Below, one piece after another: positions 45,874 through 60,300 of a stretch of DNA of 64,000 bases. Source of the DNA: Piromyces finnis finn (taxonomy: Eukaryota; Fungi; Neocallimastigomycota); assembly GCA_002104945.1 (NCBI GenBank), contig MCFH01000003.1:868001-932000 (forward strand), written 5' to 3'. Numbering within the stretch: position 1 is the stretch's first letter; every line of letters begins with the position of its first letter. Both the position numbers and the translations under genes were made by a program. The notes beneath the pieces were generated by a model, which was not told where the DNA came from, ran no database searches, and saw only the letters and a program-made list of their open reading frames with translations.

Positions 45874-47080
45874 TGATTTTGATTAGAGTTTATAAGGCCT
45901 TGTTTTTCCATTTCTGCAAGTTCTTGGAACGTATATTTGCAATCTTGCATTTTGTGGCCTACTTGTTGACATCTGAAGCATTTATTTCTTTGAGACTGGT
46001 TAAACATATTCACTTGACTTTGAGGTGTGGTTTGATTAACTTTATTAGTAGTAGTATTCATTTTATTAGCATTATTAGAATAATTATTAGAATTTTGATA
46101 TGATTTATTTTCTTCCATCTTGGAATAATTATTGTTACTAAATGTATTAGAATTATTAGGGTATTTATTATAACCATTATTGTATGCATTTTGATCACCT
46201 TGATAATTATTATAATTATTATTATAATTATTATTATTAGTATTGAAATTATTTGGGTAATTATTTCTGTAATTATTTCTTTTGTTAAAACGTTGATTTC
46301 TCATATTATAGTTTCCATTGAATCGCATATTATAATTATTATAATTATTATTATTATCATAATTATTATTATCATAATTATTATTATAGTTATTCTTATT
46401 ATAGTTATTATTATAATATCCATTATAAGTATATGGACTATCATTATTAAAATAATTATAGTTAGTTCCACCACTATGTTGAGTAAATAGATTATAATTT
46501 TGGTTTTGATATGGATCAAAGTAAGGTTGGCTGTCCGTAAACATATTAACATTATGATACTGAGGAACTTCAGTTGCTGATTCAGCTAATTCGGCAACCT
46601 TAAAAGCAGCTTCTATATATTTAGGTTGGACAGTGATTACTTGTGTTCTAATGAAAGGACGAGAAATGATGGAATTAGTATAATCTTTAACGGTAATGAA
46701 TAGTTGGGATCCAACATTAAGATTTTTATATAAGTTTCCGTATCTCCAGTTGAAATCCTTAATACTTTCTCCTCTTCTAATTTTTAAAGATTTAACATTG
46801 AAGCATTTTTCTTGAGGCGTGATTTCTAAGTAATCTTCAATAGCCTCTTTAATATCTTCGATACTAGGATAATTTGTTCCAGTATCACTTTCTGTTTTTA
46901 AGTCATCAATGATTCCTTTTAATCTACCTTGGGCACATTCCTTTGCCCTAGTGAATATCTTTTGGGATCATTGATGTCAGATAGGTCCATAACTCTGCTG
47001 AATTCTTCAGCCCAGCTTTCGATATCCCTATCTTGACTACCAATTCTAGGTAGTATTTTAGTGATTTCACTGATCTTCAT
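45861..47080 (-). pseudogene. Gypsy A gag with CCHC knuckle, one frameshift near 46965
   Basis: ATG 47080 MKISEITKILPRIG...; Asn-rich region; CFRCQQVGHKMQDC; ends NHLNL*. Confidence 0.85.
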
Positions 47081-48407
47081 TTTTGTATATATAAATTTCT
47101 TATAAGGTAAAATAATTAAAATAAAAGTATAATTTAATTTGAAATAAATAGTAATAAAAAAAATAATTAGAATTTATATATATTATATATATATATTTTG
47201 AACTTTAATAATATAATAATATAATAATATTAATAATATTTATAAAATTACAAATGAAAGGAATTGAATATATAAATAATTGATAAATTGATAAGGTAAA
47301 TTAATATAAAATAATATAAATTTTATAATATTTCTTTTTTTTTTTTAAAAAAAAAATTAAAGAAAGTTATTTAGAAATTGAAAAGTATATTAAAGAAAAA
47401 TAAAAAGAATAAAAGATAAGTAATACAACAGAAATTTATATATATATATATATTGTATAAGTTATATATATTATATGGATTATATAAATTATAAAAATTA
47501 TATAAATAAATAAAATTTAATATTGAATGAGATCAGATCAAAGAAGTATTTTATAGAAAATATATTATATTATTATTATTAGTCAGAAATAATAGAAGCT
47601 TTACGGAATAGTATCTAATTATAAATTTAAACGTAATTTATTAACTCTCAATTTTTAAATGATCAAGGAAGAATGAAAGAGTAAATTTTTTTTTTTGCAA
47701 TTAGAAATTTAGAAGAATATGTATATTTATTTTTTTTATATATTTATTTATTTTATTTATTTAATTCAATTATAATAGTTTATATATATTGTTACAATTA
47801 TTTATTTATTTTTAGGCACCCGAGGCATAGTGACTATAAAGACTTTCGGATCCTTACTAAACCCCCACCTTTAAATGATAAATTTTCGCTTCCAAAGTTC
47901 TGCTCCTTACTCAGGATTTTCAGCCGAACTTGCTACTCTCTTACTTGAGAATCAAATAAAGGCTGTCTAGTATACCTACTCCCTCTTGCTGAGTGTGTAC
48001 CCGCCTTACTCTCTAAATAATAATTGCTTTAATTATTGCTATATTTCGAACTCAGTCTATTATATAACAACAACAAATATATACTTACTATTTTATTTTT
48101 TTTTGTTATAATTTAAATTAAAAATTTTTTAGTCAATAATTAAGAATATTGAAATAAATTATTCGCTTAATATGTAGGTAGCCTTAAGCTAAGAAGTTTT
48201 TCATTCAACAGCCGCCTCTACAAATAAGCACTGTTGAATTAATTTATTCTCTTAATTAAGAAATAAAAAATGTATATTTAATTCAAATTATGATCTTATT
48301 ATTAACTGCTGAGAAGGATTAACTCTTTTCCTAGTTTTTACTATCACACTGATCCCCTGGATAGATCAGAAATATAACAAACTAACTGAATGGATTAAGT
48401 TATCCTT

Positions 48408-49191
48408 TGTAAAGATATAATATATATCTTTAGATTATTTAATAATTAATTATTAATTATTAAATAATAAATTAATATTTAGTAAAACTGATTATAAAAT
48501 TTTATGGAATAATTTAATAATAAATTATTTTATAATAATTCCGTTAAATTTAAATTAAGATAAATATTTAAGTTTAATGAATAAAAGAATTTTAATTAAA
48601 TTTAAATATTTCAAATATTTTAAATAATTAAAATATTTTTTTAAATATTTTTTATTTAATTTTAGAATAGATTATACTTTTTTATTTAAATTTAGAATAG
48701 TTTAATAATTTTAACTTAGTTTTAAAAAATAGATTTATTTATATTTCAATAGGAAATATATTAAGAATAGTATTGATAATATTAAATTAATTTATAGAAA
48801 ATACATGGGCTTTATTCAATTTTGAGTTTACTCAAATTGAATTAAAAGTATAATGAATTAGTTTTAGTTTAGTTTTGTTATTTTATTATTTAATTAGATT
48901 AGTGTTGTTTATTTTATATTAAATATATGTTTATTTAAATAGAATAATATATTAGAATATAATTATGAAAAAATATAAATACATGTAATTTTTGTTTATT
49001 AAATCGATGTAATTGTTATTTTCAATTTTTTAATTATTAACTATTATATAGTTAATAATATTTTTAAGAGTTTAAATAAAAAATGTTTTTTTTTAAAATA
49101 AAAATTTAATGTTTTATTTTTTTATTTTTTGTGTTAATAAAAATTGTTTTGTTTTAAGTATAAAATCTGTTTTAAATTTTATACTTTTACA
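48408..49191 (+). mobile_element. Solo LTR (family B), TSD TCCTT
   Basis: TGTAAAG...TTTTACA, highly similar to 33383-34170; TCCTT at 48403-48407 and 49192-49196. Confidence 0.95.
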
Positions 49192-50349
49192 TCCTTATTA
49201 ATAATAAGAACAGAAACGATTATAGGAATTATAGAAATTTTCTTCCTTGTGTAACGTATATGACTAAATATTAATCACTTAGTCTTTAATTTCTTAGATA
49301 ACCTTTTTAGAAATATTAAAATTTTTATAATTTTAAAATTATATATATATATATTTCCTTTTATATATATAATTAAAAAAATTTTTTATTATTATTATAG
49401 AAGAATATATAATAAAATTAAATTAAATGTAAACTGTTTTTTTATAAACGCATAATATTTTAGAATTTATTAGTATTATTATTAATATTATTCTTTTTTA
49501 TATCTTTGGTCACTCCCGGATTCTCCACCAAAATTTTATGATGCGTTGACCGATATATTCTTGAATAATATAATGTTTTTAATAAATAATAAATTCTATA
49601 TTATTATGATGAAACAATAAATTTAAAATAAAATAAAAAATATGTTTTATAATTAACAAATAAATCACTCAAACTCGAAAATAAACTCTTATTATGTTTT
49701 AAATTAAATCTTTATTATATTTTATAATTTATTTATTATCTGTTTATTGTCTTTTTATTCTCTATTTATTGTCTTTTTTTTATAAAGAAGAATTTTATCT
49801 TCCTTTTATACATTTTCATTTATTACATGTATTATTATTTTTAACTATTAAATATTATTATTACTATTGTTATTATTTATTAAAATTAAAAGAATAAATT
49901 AAAATTATGTCTTAGTATTATAAAATATTATAGAATATTACTTATTTGATTTTCTTATTACTTCAAAATGTTTAAATTTAGAAAAATTATTATAAATTAT
50001 CATTGACTATCACTAAATGTATAATACCTTAAATAAAATAATTAAAATTTAAAATTAAAATAATATTAAAATAAAATTAAAATGAAATTAAAATGAAATT
50101 AAAATATTAAAAGTATCAATTATTATAAACACTCATTTTATACAGAAACATAAAAGTGTTCTGTATTTTATCTTTAGAATTGTTATTATTGTTCTATTTC
50201 CAGGTTTTAAGTTTATCATTTTAGTAATAATTACTCAATTAGTTATTAATTTATAAGTTTAAGAGAATTTCTAAAGAACACTTGCTAATTTCGCACAAGT
50301 TTTGGAATCGGTCTCTAACAATATCAACACCATTTAAGAGTATTTAAAT

Positions 50350-53300
50350 AAGAATGGAAAACCAAGTGGTGGTCAGTCAGACCTAACCCCTTCAGTTGCC
50401 CCATCTTCTTCTACAAAATATGATTTGGATTTTGATATAATAATGAGATCAAAATATTCCACTCCACTAAATCAAGTTCCAGATCCAGGTCTCTTTTCTG
50501 GTGATCCTCATGAAACAGAACTATTCTGTCAAATTTGTGAAGATACTTTTAGCACTTATCCTAATAAACATATGATGAAAGAAGCTAAAATTAATTTTGT
50601 TAAAACAAGATTAAGGGGAATTGCTAGAACATGGTATTTAACAAGATACAGTGGAAATACTCATCCTTCTACTATGTTTGAATTATTAGAAGAATTAAAA
50701 AATGCTTTTCCAAATGTTTCAAGCCGCAAATTAGCCAAGATTAGGTTAATTAAATTAAAACAAACATATGATAAAATTAATGAATATATGGAAGAATTTA
50801 GATCATATATTCAATATTTTAACTGGGATCAAGAAGCTATTACTCTTATGTTTTATAATGGTCTTCATCCTAAATATCAAGAAGAACTTGAAAAATTAGA
50901 CGACTTTCCTATTACTCTTGAGGCCATTTTTACAAAATGTATTTTATTTGAATAAAATCATATTTCAAATAAAAAGTTAAATCAAATCAATAATAAAAGT
51001 CATGGAAGAAAGAACCCTTATTATAATAATAACAACAACAATAATAATAGAAGCAATTATCAAAAATATCACAACAATAATAAAAATAACAAAAATTCAA
51101 AATCCAATTATTCAACTAATAATAATAATGGAAATAATAATAATTATTCCACTACAAAAACCCAAAAAATTTCTTCAAAAAATTTTTAAACAATGAACAC
51201 CATAAGACGTCAATGGATGTTCATAATACACCAAGAATAATTTATTATAATTTCCCATCTCGAGAAAACAATGAAAATTCCAATTTAAACTCATTTCTAA
51301 CCTTTAATTCATATATTCCAGAGGAATTTTTAAATAATAACTCTAATTTTATTACTAATTCTCCAATAACTTGTAATTCAATGCTCGATTCTGGTTCTTC
51401 ATGTAACTTTATTTCTACCACATTTGTGGAAAAATATAAATTAATTAAAAGAAAACTAAAAAACAAATTAATTATAAAAGGTATTAGTGGGTTTACCACT
51501 GATATTAATGATTATGTCTATTTAAAATTTCAATTAAAGATTTTTATCAAAAATAAGTGTCATTTTGTATCTTTTAAAGAAAAATTCTTAACTTCAGAGC
51601 ATATTCCTATGGATTTATTATTTGGAAATAAATTCATGAAAAAATTTAATATTCATTTTAATTATAAAAATAATCATTTATATTGTAATAATTTTAAACA
51701 TTTCAATAATTTTAAGAATTTCAAAAATTTTTCAAAAATTTCTCTTTCAAAAAAAGATTCTAATAATTCATTTTCTGACAATACTAATAATAATTCTACT
51801 AATTTCCCTCATAAACCTAATTCTCAAGACAAATTTAATAACTCTACGTCTTTTAATAAGAGTGATATCAATTGTTTTATCCATTCATTTCTATCTGAAA
51901 ATGTCGAAAATTTTGATGATGATGAAGAAAATGACCTAACCCTTATTATGGATGAAATCCCTAATAAATATAAAGACCATGCTATTGTTTTCAGTAAGTC
52001 AAAAGCTGATAAGTTACCACCACATCGTTTAACTGATTGTAAAATAGTCCTAGAAAATGATGCCACTTTACATTATGGACCTATTTATCCTTTGTCAAGA
52101 CAAGAGGAAGAAGCCTTACAAGAATATATTAATGAAAATCTCAAAAAAGGTTTTATTAGACCCTCTGAATCTCCTGCAGGTTATCCTGTTGTTTTCCAGA
52201 AGAAAAAAGATGGCTCATTAAGGGTCTGTATTGATTACAAAAAGTTGAACGCTGTAACAGTAAGAAATTCGTACCCTTTACCTTTAATTTCAGATATCAT
52301 TGAAAGGGTTAGGGGTTCAAAAATTTTCACTAAATTAGATTTGAGATTAGCTTATAATTTGATAAGAATAAAAGAAGGTGATGAATATAAGACCGCTTTT
52401 AGAACAAAGTTTGGCCATTACGAATATTTAGTAATGCCATATGGATTAAAAAATGCACCAGCAACATTTCAATCATTCATAAATTCTATATTACGCGAAT
52501 ATTTGGATAAATTTGTTATTTTATACATGGATGATATTTTAATTTTCTCGGAAAATCTTAACGATCATATCAACCATGTAAGATCTGTTTTAGAAAAAAT
52601 TAATACAAAACAATTTATATGCAAAATTTGAAAAATGTGAATTTCATAAAAATGAAGTTGAATTCTTAGGTTTCACTATCACAGGTAATGGTATCTCTAC
52701 CGATCCAAAGAAGATCGAAGCTATTAAAGAATGGCATAGACCAAAATGTGTTAAAGATGTTCAACACTTTCTTGGTCTTTGTAATTATTATAGAAGGTTG
52801 TTAATAATTTTGCAAAAATTGCCAAACCTTTACATAATTTAACTAGGAAAGATGTTAAATTTCATTGGGATAAGACATGTGATGATGCTTTTGTAAAATT
52901 ACAAAATAAATTAATTACTTCTCCCGTTTTAGTTTTTCCTGATACTAATAGGCCGTTCATAGTAGAATGTGATGCCAGTAATTTCGCAATAGGTTCCGTT
53001 TTATCTCAATATGATGATGATAAAAAACTACATCCTGTTGCTTATTTTTCCAGAAGTTTAAATGATACAGAAAGGAACTATTCCATTACGGATAAAGAAC
53101 TTCTTTCTATTAAATCTGCTTTCTCAGCTTGGCGACATCTACTTTTAGGTGCCAAATTTAAAGTAAAAGTTTATACAGACCACCGTAATTTACTTTATAC
53201 TTTAGGTGGAAAAATTCAAAATCAACGACAACATCGTTGGCATCTCTTCTTCCAGGAATATGATTTTGAATTAATTTATCGCCAAGGAAGAAAAAATGGT

Positions 53301-54930
53301 AAGCCAGATAGTCTTTCTAGAAGACCTGATTATAATTCTGGTAATGAACAAATTAAACCTGAGAATATTTTAGATATAAAAAATATTAAAAATATTCCAT
53401 GTTTTGTGGGAATTCTTAGTGACTTTATTGATAAAATTATTGAATATACTAAAACAGATGATACTGCAAACGATATTAGATTATATTTTGCACCAAATAA
53501 TGCTAATCAAGGTTATTTTTATAGACCTTTTAGGAAAATGAATAAATTCAAAATTCAAAATAATATGATTCTTTATAATAATTTAATATATATTCCTGAA
53601 GCTTTAAGATTAGAAGTACTAATGCGATACCATGAAAATCCTGCTGCTGGTCATTTGAATATTAAAAGAACTGAAGAATTAATTACTAGAAACTATTGGT
53701 GGCCAAAAATTCATAAAGATGTTACTGAATTTGTTAATTCTTGTGAAACTTGTACTAGGAACAAATCCAATAAACACAAAAAATATGGTCCTTTACAACC
53801 TTTAGAAACTCCTGATAGACCATGGCGTTCTGTTGAAATTGACTTTTTATGTGGTTTACCTGATTCTAAAGGATATACTGTTCTAATGGTTACTGTAGAT
53901 AGATTTTCAAAAATGATTCACTTAGTTCCTTTTAAGAAAATACCTGATGCTAAACAAACAGCTACAGCTTTTATTAAAAATATATTTAAACTTCATGGAT
54001 TACCTTCTGATATTTATACTGATCGCGGTTCTCAATTTACTAGTGATCTTTGGAATAGTTTAATGGAAGAACTTAAAGTTAAAACTAAAATTGCTACCAC
54101 TGATCATCATGAAACAGTCGGACAAGTTGAAAGATGTAATTCTTTTATTGAGCAATATCTCCGCTGTTATTCAAAGTCCCATTATCATGATGGCTGGGTT
54201 GAATGGATTCACTTAGCCGAATTTGTTTATAACAATTCTATTAATGAGTCTACCAAACAAAGTCCTTTCTTTATTAACTATGGATTCCACCCTCCTGTTG
54301 ATGATGTTTTTCTTTATGACAAATCCTATACTAATAATAATTTTATTAGAAATGTTTGTGATAATTTTAATTATGTTAAAGAAGTTTTATTTAGAGCCAA
54401 GGATTTATATAAAAAACATGCCGATAAGAAAAGGATGTCACCTCCTATATTTAAAGTTGGCGATAAAGTTTGGATTCAAGCACCTCCATCCTTTTCTACG
54501 GAAGAAACTCCAAAACTTTCACCTTGTAAATACGGACCTTATAAAGTTTTAGAAGTTTTGGAAAATAACAATTATAAAATAGATATACATAGCTCCCCTT
54601 TCCCAAAACATCATCCAATCTTCCATATTTCGGAACTTGAACCTTTTATTCCTACCCCTTCAAGATTTTTATCAAGATCAAAGGACCCCGAATCAATTAA
54701 AGATATCATTGAAATTGCAGGATTTAGAACTAACTATAAACTTAATAGGTATGAATACAAAATTAGATATAAATACCGCTCTCAATATAATTGGGTTCCT
54801 TCTAGTGAAGTTGAAGATAATCCAAGGAATCAAAATATATTCTTATTATATTTAAAAAATAACAGGAAGCCTATTGATATCGCTTATAACTGAAAAATAA
54901 AGAAATGAAGAGAGAGAGAGAGAAAGAACG
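50350..54930 (+). mobile_element. Ty3/gypsy chromovirus-like element (gypsy C): gag, PR, RT, RH, IN with chromodomain-like tail; stops and frameshifts; LTRs not resolved
   Basis: gag PGLFSGD..RGIARTW; MLDSGSSCNFI; YMDD at 52524; ECDASNFAIG; YHENPAAGH, TDRGSQF, HPIFHISELEPF, YEYKIRY..NWVPSSEV; purine tract at 54907-54929. Confidence 0.93.
51180..51224 (+). promoter_or_regulatory. -1 ribosomal frameshift signal (A AAU UUU + hairpin), gypsy C
   Basis: AAATTTT in gag phase directly before TAA, 6-nt spacer, ATGAACA-CCAT...ATGG-A-TGTTCAT; pol lies in the -1 frame. Confidence 0.7.
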
Positions 54931-55118
54931 AATAACAATGAAAAAATAAAATTATTACAATATAATTTTTTTTCAATTAAACTCATCACAAATTTAAAAA
55001 TTGAAATTTCAAAAATTTTTATATTCATTATTTTCCAACTATAAATTTTATTTTTTAATTTATTATTATTAATATTTTCAATATTAAATTTTAAAATTTT
55101 CAAAAAACATAAAAAACC

Positions 55119-56366
55119 TGTAACAACGCGAGAGACTTCAGGTTAACACAATACTAATTAACTATTTTTTGTATTAATAGTATATTTTATTAATAATTTG
55201 ATTATTTAATATTATTAATACAAATTAACCTAAATACTAATTCTAAAGACTAAATTTACATAAATTTTATAAATTATTTATATTTACTATTTATAAGTAT
55301 TCTTATTTAATAATTATGAATAAACATTATTCATATTAATTGCTAACTTCAATTATTTAAATAAAAAAGAAGAAATAGAAATAGACAAATATTATGGATT
55401 AAATATAGCGATTGCTATATTTAATCCATAATATAGAGAACCCGGAGTCGAACACATGACAAGTAGGTCAGCGTCCAACAACCTGACTGCGAAGCCAGCT
55501 TGGGAAACCCCGAAATACAATTGTAGTAATTATATTGTAATGTATATAATAAATAGTACAATATAATTATTGATAACTCAATATTAAAATTTAATATTAA
55601 ATTATATGTATATAGAAAGAAAAAAATAATAAAAAAATTAAATATAGAATTAAGATTAGAACTTAGCGAGTTTATTATAAGGATTTATAATAAACAACAA
55701 AAACACAAATGGGAAGGAGGATAAGAGTGAGATGTATTAAAATTATGTTTTAATAATATGTTTTTTATTAAAATAGAATTATTTGTTATTTATTATAATT
55801 AATTTTTCTTATAATAATAACTCTTGAATTTCTAAAGAATTTCAAGAGTGTCTTATTTATATTTTTATTAGAAATTAAGGTTAAATAAATGGGTTCTAAT
55901 CTTAACAAATTAAATGTTTAGGAAAAGACTAGAAGAAAAACCTAAACAAGTTTTCGACCAATATTCTAATCATATTAGTCATCGTGTAAATTCTAAGTAA
56001 AACCAATTATAATAATCGGGAAAACCTTAAAATACCGATTTCCTAAAGTAAATCCGTGTTTAGATATAATATGTAAATTAATTAGTAATACACAATTAAA
56101 TTACAGGATTCTTATATATAAATATTATTTAAAAATCAAATGTATAAAATATTATTTAACTAAATAAATTAAATGAATAAATTAAGTGCATAAAATATTA
56201 TTTAACTAAATAAATTAAATAAATAAATTAAGTGTATAAAATATTATGTAACTAAATAAATAAATAAATTATTAAACTAATAAGAAATATTAATTATTTA
56301 GATTGAAATAATTATTATTTCTTACAACAATTTTGGTGAAAAGGTACAAAACCTTTATACGTTACA
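55119..56366 (+). mobile_element. Solo LTR-like element related to family C, 1248 bp, TSD AAACC
   Basis: TGTAAC...GTTACA inverted termini; AAACC at 55114-55118 and 56367-56371; shares the ggaaaagactagaagaaaaaccta core with 44168-45431. Confidence 0.85.
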
Positions 56367-57359
56367 AAACCTTTTAAAATTGAAATTTAAAATTTCAAAA
56401 AAATCAAAATTTCAATTATAACAGTTGTACAACACAAAAAATTACAAAAACATGTTTTTCATACAATACATATGTATTTCATAACAAAATTTCATTTTTA
56501 TCAAATTTTGACAACTTTTGAAATTTCGTGAAATGGCCATTTAAAATTCATTCCTCCATCCTCATGTGACCATTTCGAAGTTTCAAAAATTTTGAAAATC
56601 TTAAAATTTTAATATTTTAAATTCAATATATGATAGTCCACTATCAAAAAATTGTCTAGTATCCAATTTTAGTGGAAGGGCGTTGTCAAAATCTCAATTC
56701 ATGAAATTTGACATTTCATGAAATTTCATAATTTTGAATTATTAGTTAAATTAATTAAAATATTAATTTAATAATATTTTACTAATAATAGTTTATTTAA
56801 TATAAATATTAATTGGAAAGCTATTTATTATCCGGAGATAAATAGTGTAACAATTAATTAATATTAAACAAACCTATTAGTAAAATAAGATTCATTTAAA
56901 CAATTATTAATATTATTTTTAACAACTTATTAATATCAATATTTAAAGAAAATTATATTTTTATATTATTATATTATTATATTTTATTAATATTTATATT
57001 TATATTATTATACATGTATAACTTAAAAATATTATCATTATTATACTTTATTAATATCAATATTATATTAAAAATGAAAGTATAAATAAGTTGAACAAAG
57101 AACGATTTTAAGAAGTTCTTTGTGAGATTATTAATACTCATTTTTTATATAGTAAATTCAATATTTAAAAATTAATAATTATTATTTATATATTAATAAA
57201 AAGCTGAATAAAATAACTCTTTAAAAACTATATTTATTATTCCTTATCTTAACACTTACTTTACTATATAATTAAGTCTATCCTAACCTAGTAGACTTAA
57301 TTATAAACTTAAATCCAGGTATAATAATAATTTTATATTTATTAATTTCATTATTTATT

Positions 57360-60300
57360 AGTTTCTCGGCCTTTTAAGAATTAACTTCGTCCCTTGAAGT
57401 TAAATTTTGTTCTGGTAGAACGTAAGGAAAAATATTTTTAATATGTACATTTCTATCAAGTAGTTTTCCTGTATGTTGATCTTCAAGTACGACAGTATTA
57501 AATTTTTGTTTATTAACAACTTTATAAGGACCATAAAAATAAGGATTTAATTTACTTCTTCTTATTAATTTTATCATAACATAATCTCCCGGTTTATAAG
57601 TTTTCTTTAAAGCTTTGGATAAGCCTATTCTATGTTCCCAATATTGATTAGCATGATTAGAATATTCAGTAGCTTGTTTTACCCAATTTTGATGCCTTAA
57701 AAATCTTCTAAAAATATATTCTTCTGTTTCATTAGGATCTTTATAAATATCAGGAAACATTATTTCTAATGGCCATGTGTCTCTTCTACCATATAATAAT
57801 TCGAAACTACTAAACTTTGTTTTTGAATTTTTGGTAGTTCTAAGTGACCATAATGCAGATGGTAGATATTCATCCCATTCAGATTCATTTTCAATTAAGA
57901 GTCTTAAAGTTTTTCCTATTTCTTTGTTTCTATTCTCAATCATACCATTAGATTGTGGGTGATGAGGAGAAACAAAATGAACCCATGATCCATATAAATC
58001 AATCATCATTTTAGTAATATCAGAAATAAATGAACTTCCATTATCAGTAACAATTATTTCTGGTGGACCATGTCTTGTTATTACTTCTATTAAAAATTTT
58101 ATTACTTCTTCTGATTTCATATTTGGAATTGCTTTAGCTTCAACCCATTTAGTGAAATAATCAACAAGGGTAATAATATAAGAATTTCCATGTTTAGTAA
58201 GTGGTAATGGATCAACTATATCTAATCCGACTCTAGTAAATGGTTGTTCAATTGGGGTTATATTATCTTCAGTATTTTTAGGTAAAGGCTTAGGTCTACA
58301 AAGTTGACATTTTCTACAGGACTTTACCCACATTCTAACATCATTCCAAATACCAGGCCAATAATAAGATTTTGAAATTCTATTTGTGGTCTTTTCAGCA
58401 CTTTCATGACCAACAGAATGAGTACGACTAATAATATCTTTTTTATCTTCATCTTTATAAATAACTTTAAGATATAATTTATCTTTTTTTATAATAAAGA
58501 GTATTATCAACAACTTGATAATTTTTAGTAAAATATTTTTTTATTCCTTCAGGTAGGTCTAAATCTTGGATTAAAATCAGACAAAATTGCATAAGCACAA
58601 TTTACTATTTCATCAGAATTTTTAGAAGGTAATCTTGAAAGGGCATCAGCAAAAACATTTTTCTTTCCTTTATCATATTTTAATTCAATTTTATATTTAT
58701 TAAATTCTTCAATCCATCTAGCATGTCTACCTTTTGATGGAATATTCTTTTTATAAAATCCCAGTAATGGTTTATGATCAGTAATTAATATGGTAGGATT
58801 TTTATTACTTATGATATATTGGCGAAATTGTAGAATTGCATAATAAATAGCTAATCCTTCAAGGTCAGTAACAGAATAATTCTTTTCTGAAGTAGATAAA
58901 GTACGACTAATACAACAAATTGGATGTTCCAATTTGTCCCCCTCCACCTGTAAGAGTACAGCACCAATGCCATTAGTTGATGCATCAGTACGAATAATAA
59001 ATTCTTTATTAAAATCAGGATAACTTAAAATAGGATCACTTAATAGACATTGTCGGATATCTTCAAAAGCATTATTACATTCTTGTGACAAAATATATTC
59101 TTGGTCTTTCTTTAAATTAAAAAGAGAGTTTGCTCTAATAGAAAAATTTTGAATAAACTTGCGGTAGTAACTAGCTAAACCTAGGAATGATCTTAGTTCA
59201 TTAACATTTCTTGGAGCATTCCATAAAGCAATACTTTGAACTTTAGAAGGAACAGTTTTTAATCCGTTAGGTGTAAGTACATGTCCTAGTACTTCTACCT
59301 TTTCTTGAAAGAATTTACATTTTTGTAAATTAAGAGAAAGATTATATTTAGATAATATTTCAAAAACTTGTTGTAAATGATAAAGATGTTCTTCTGGTGA
59401 TTTAGAATAAACAACAATATCATCAATGTAAACAAAAAGACATTTACCAATTAATGGTAAAAGAATCCTATTCATTTCTCGCTGGAAAGTAGCGGGTGCA
59501 TTAGTTAAACCAAATGGCATTACTTTAAAATTATAATTACCAAATTTTGTTGTAAAAGCAGTTTTTTCAATATCATTTGGGTTCATAGGAATTTTGTGGT
59601 AGCCAGAATATAAATCTAAAGCAGAAAATATTTTTGCACCATTAACAGAAGAGATTAATTCATCAATAAAAGAATAAAAGGAAGTGCATAAGAATCCTTA
59701 ATAGTAATTTCATTAAGTCTTCTATAATCAATACACATTCTCCATTTACCATTTTTCTTTTGTACAAGTAAAACTGGAAATGACCATGGAGAGTGAGAAG
59801 GAGTAATTAAACCTTTATCAAGTAATGAAAGAATTTCACTTTTTAAAATATCAGCATGTTCCTTAGATAATTTATAAGGTTTTAATTTTATTGGTTTATT
59901 AGTAGTAGTAATTATAGAATGAGGTTCTAAATCCGCAGTAGTTAATTGACACATTGATGTAGCCATACAATTTTTATATTTATTTATAATGTGTTCAAAT
60001 TTTGATTTAATATTATCAGGTGTTGAATTTAAGATTTCTTTTAACGTATCTTGAAATTCTTGGTTTTCTTCTTTTGAAATAATTATAGAATTCATTAAGG
60101 GAATATCATTAGCATCATTATCATTACTGTTGATAATGTTTGTAATTTTCTTTAAACCTTTTTTAGTTTTCTGGTATATATAATCATCGTCAGGGTCAAT
60201 AAATAAACGGTATTTCTTTTGAATACCTCTTCCAAAAATTATATCAAAGTATGGATTACTTTGTTCAATAATATAAAATTTTTCTAAAATAGTACAACAA

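Noticed and set aside
49505-49530. Possible tRNA PBS (TGGTCACTCCC...) for gypsy C
   Set aside because: No matching LTR pair could be defined around gypsy C, so the assignment is unsupported.
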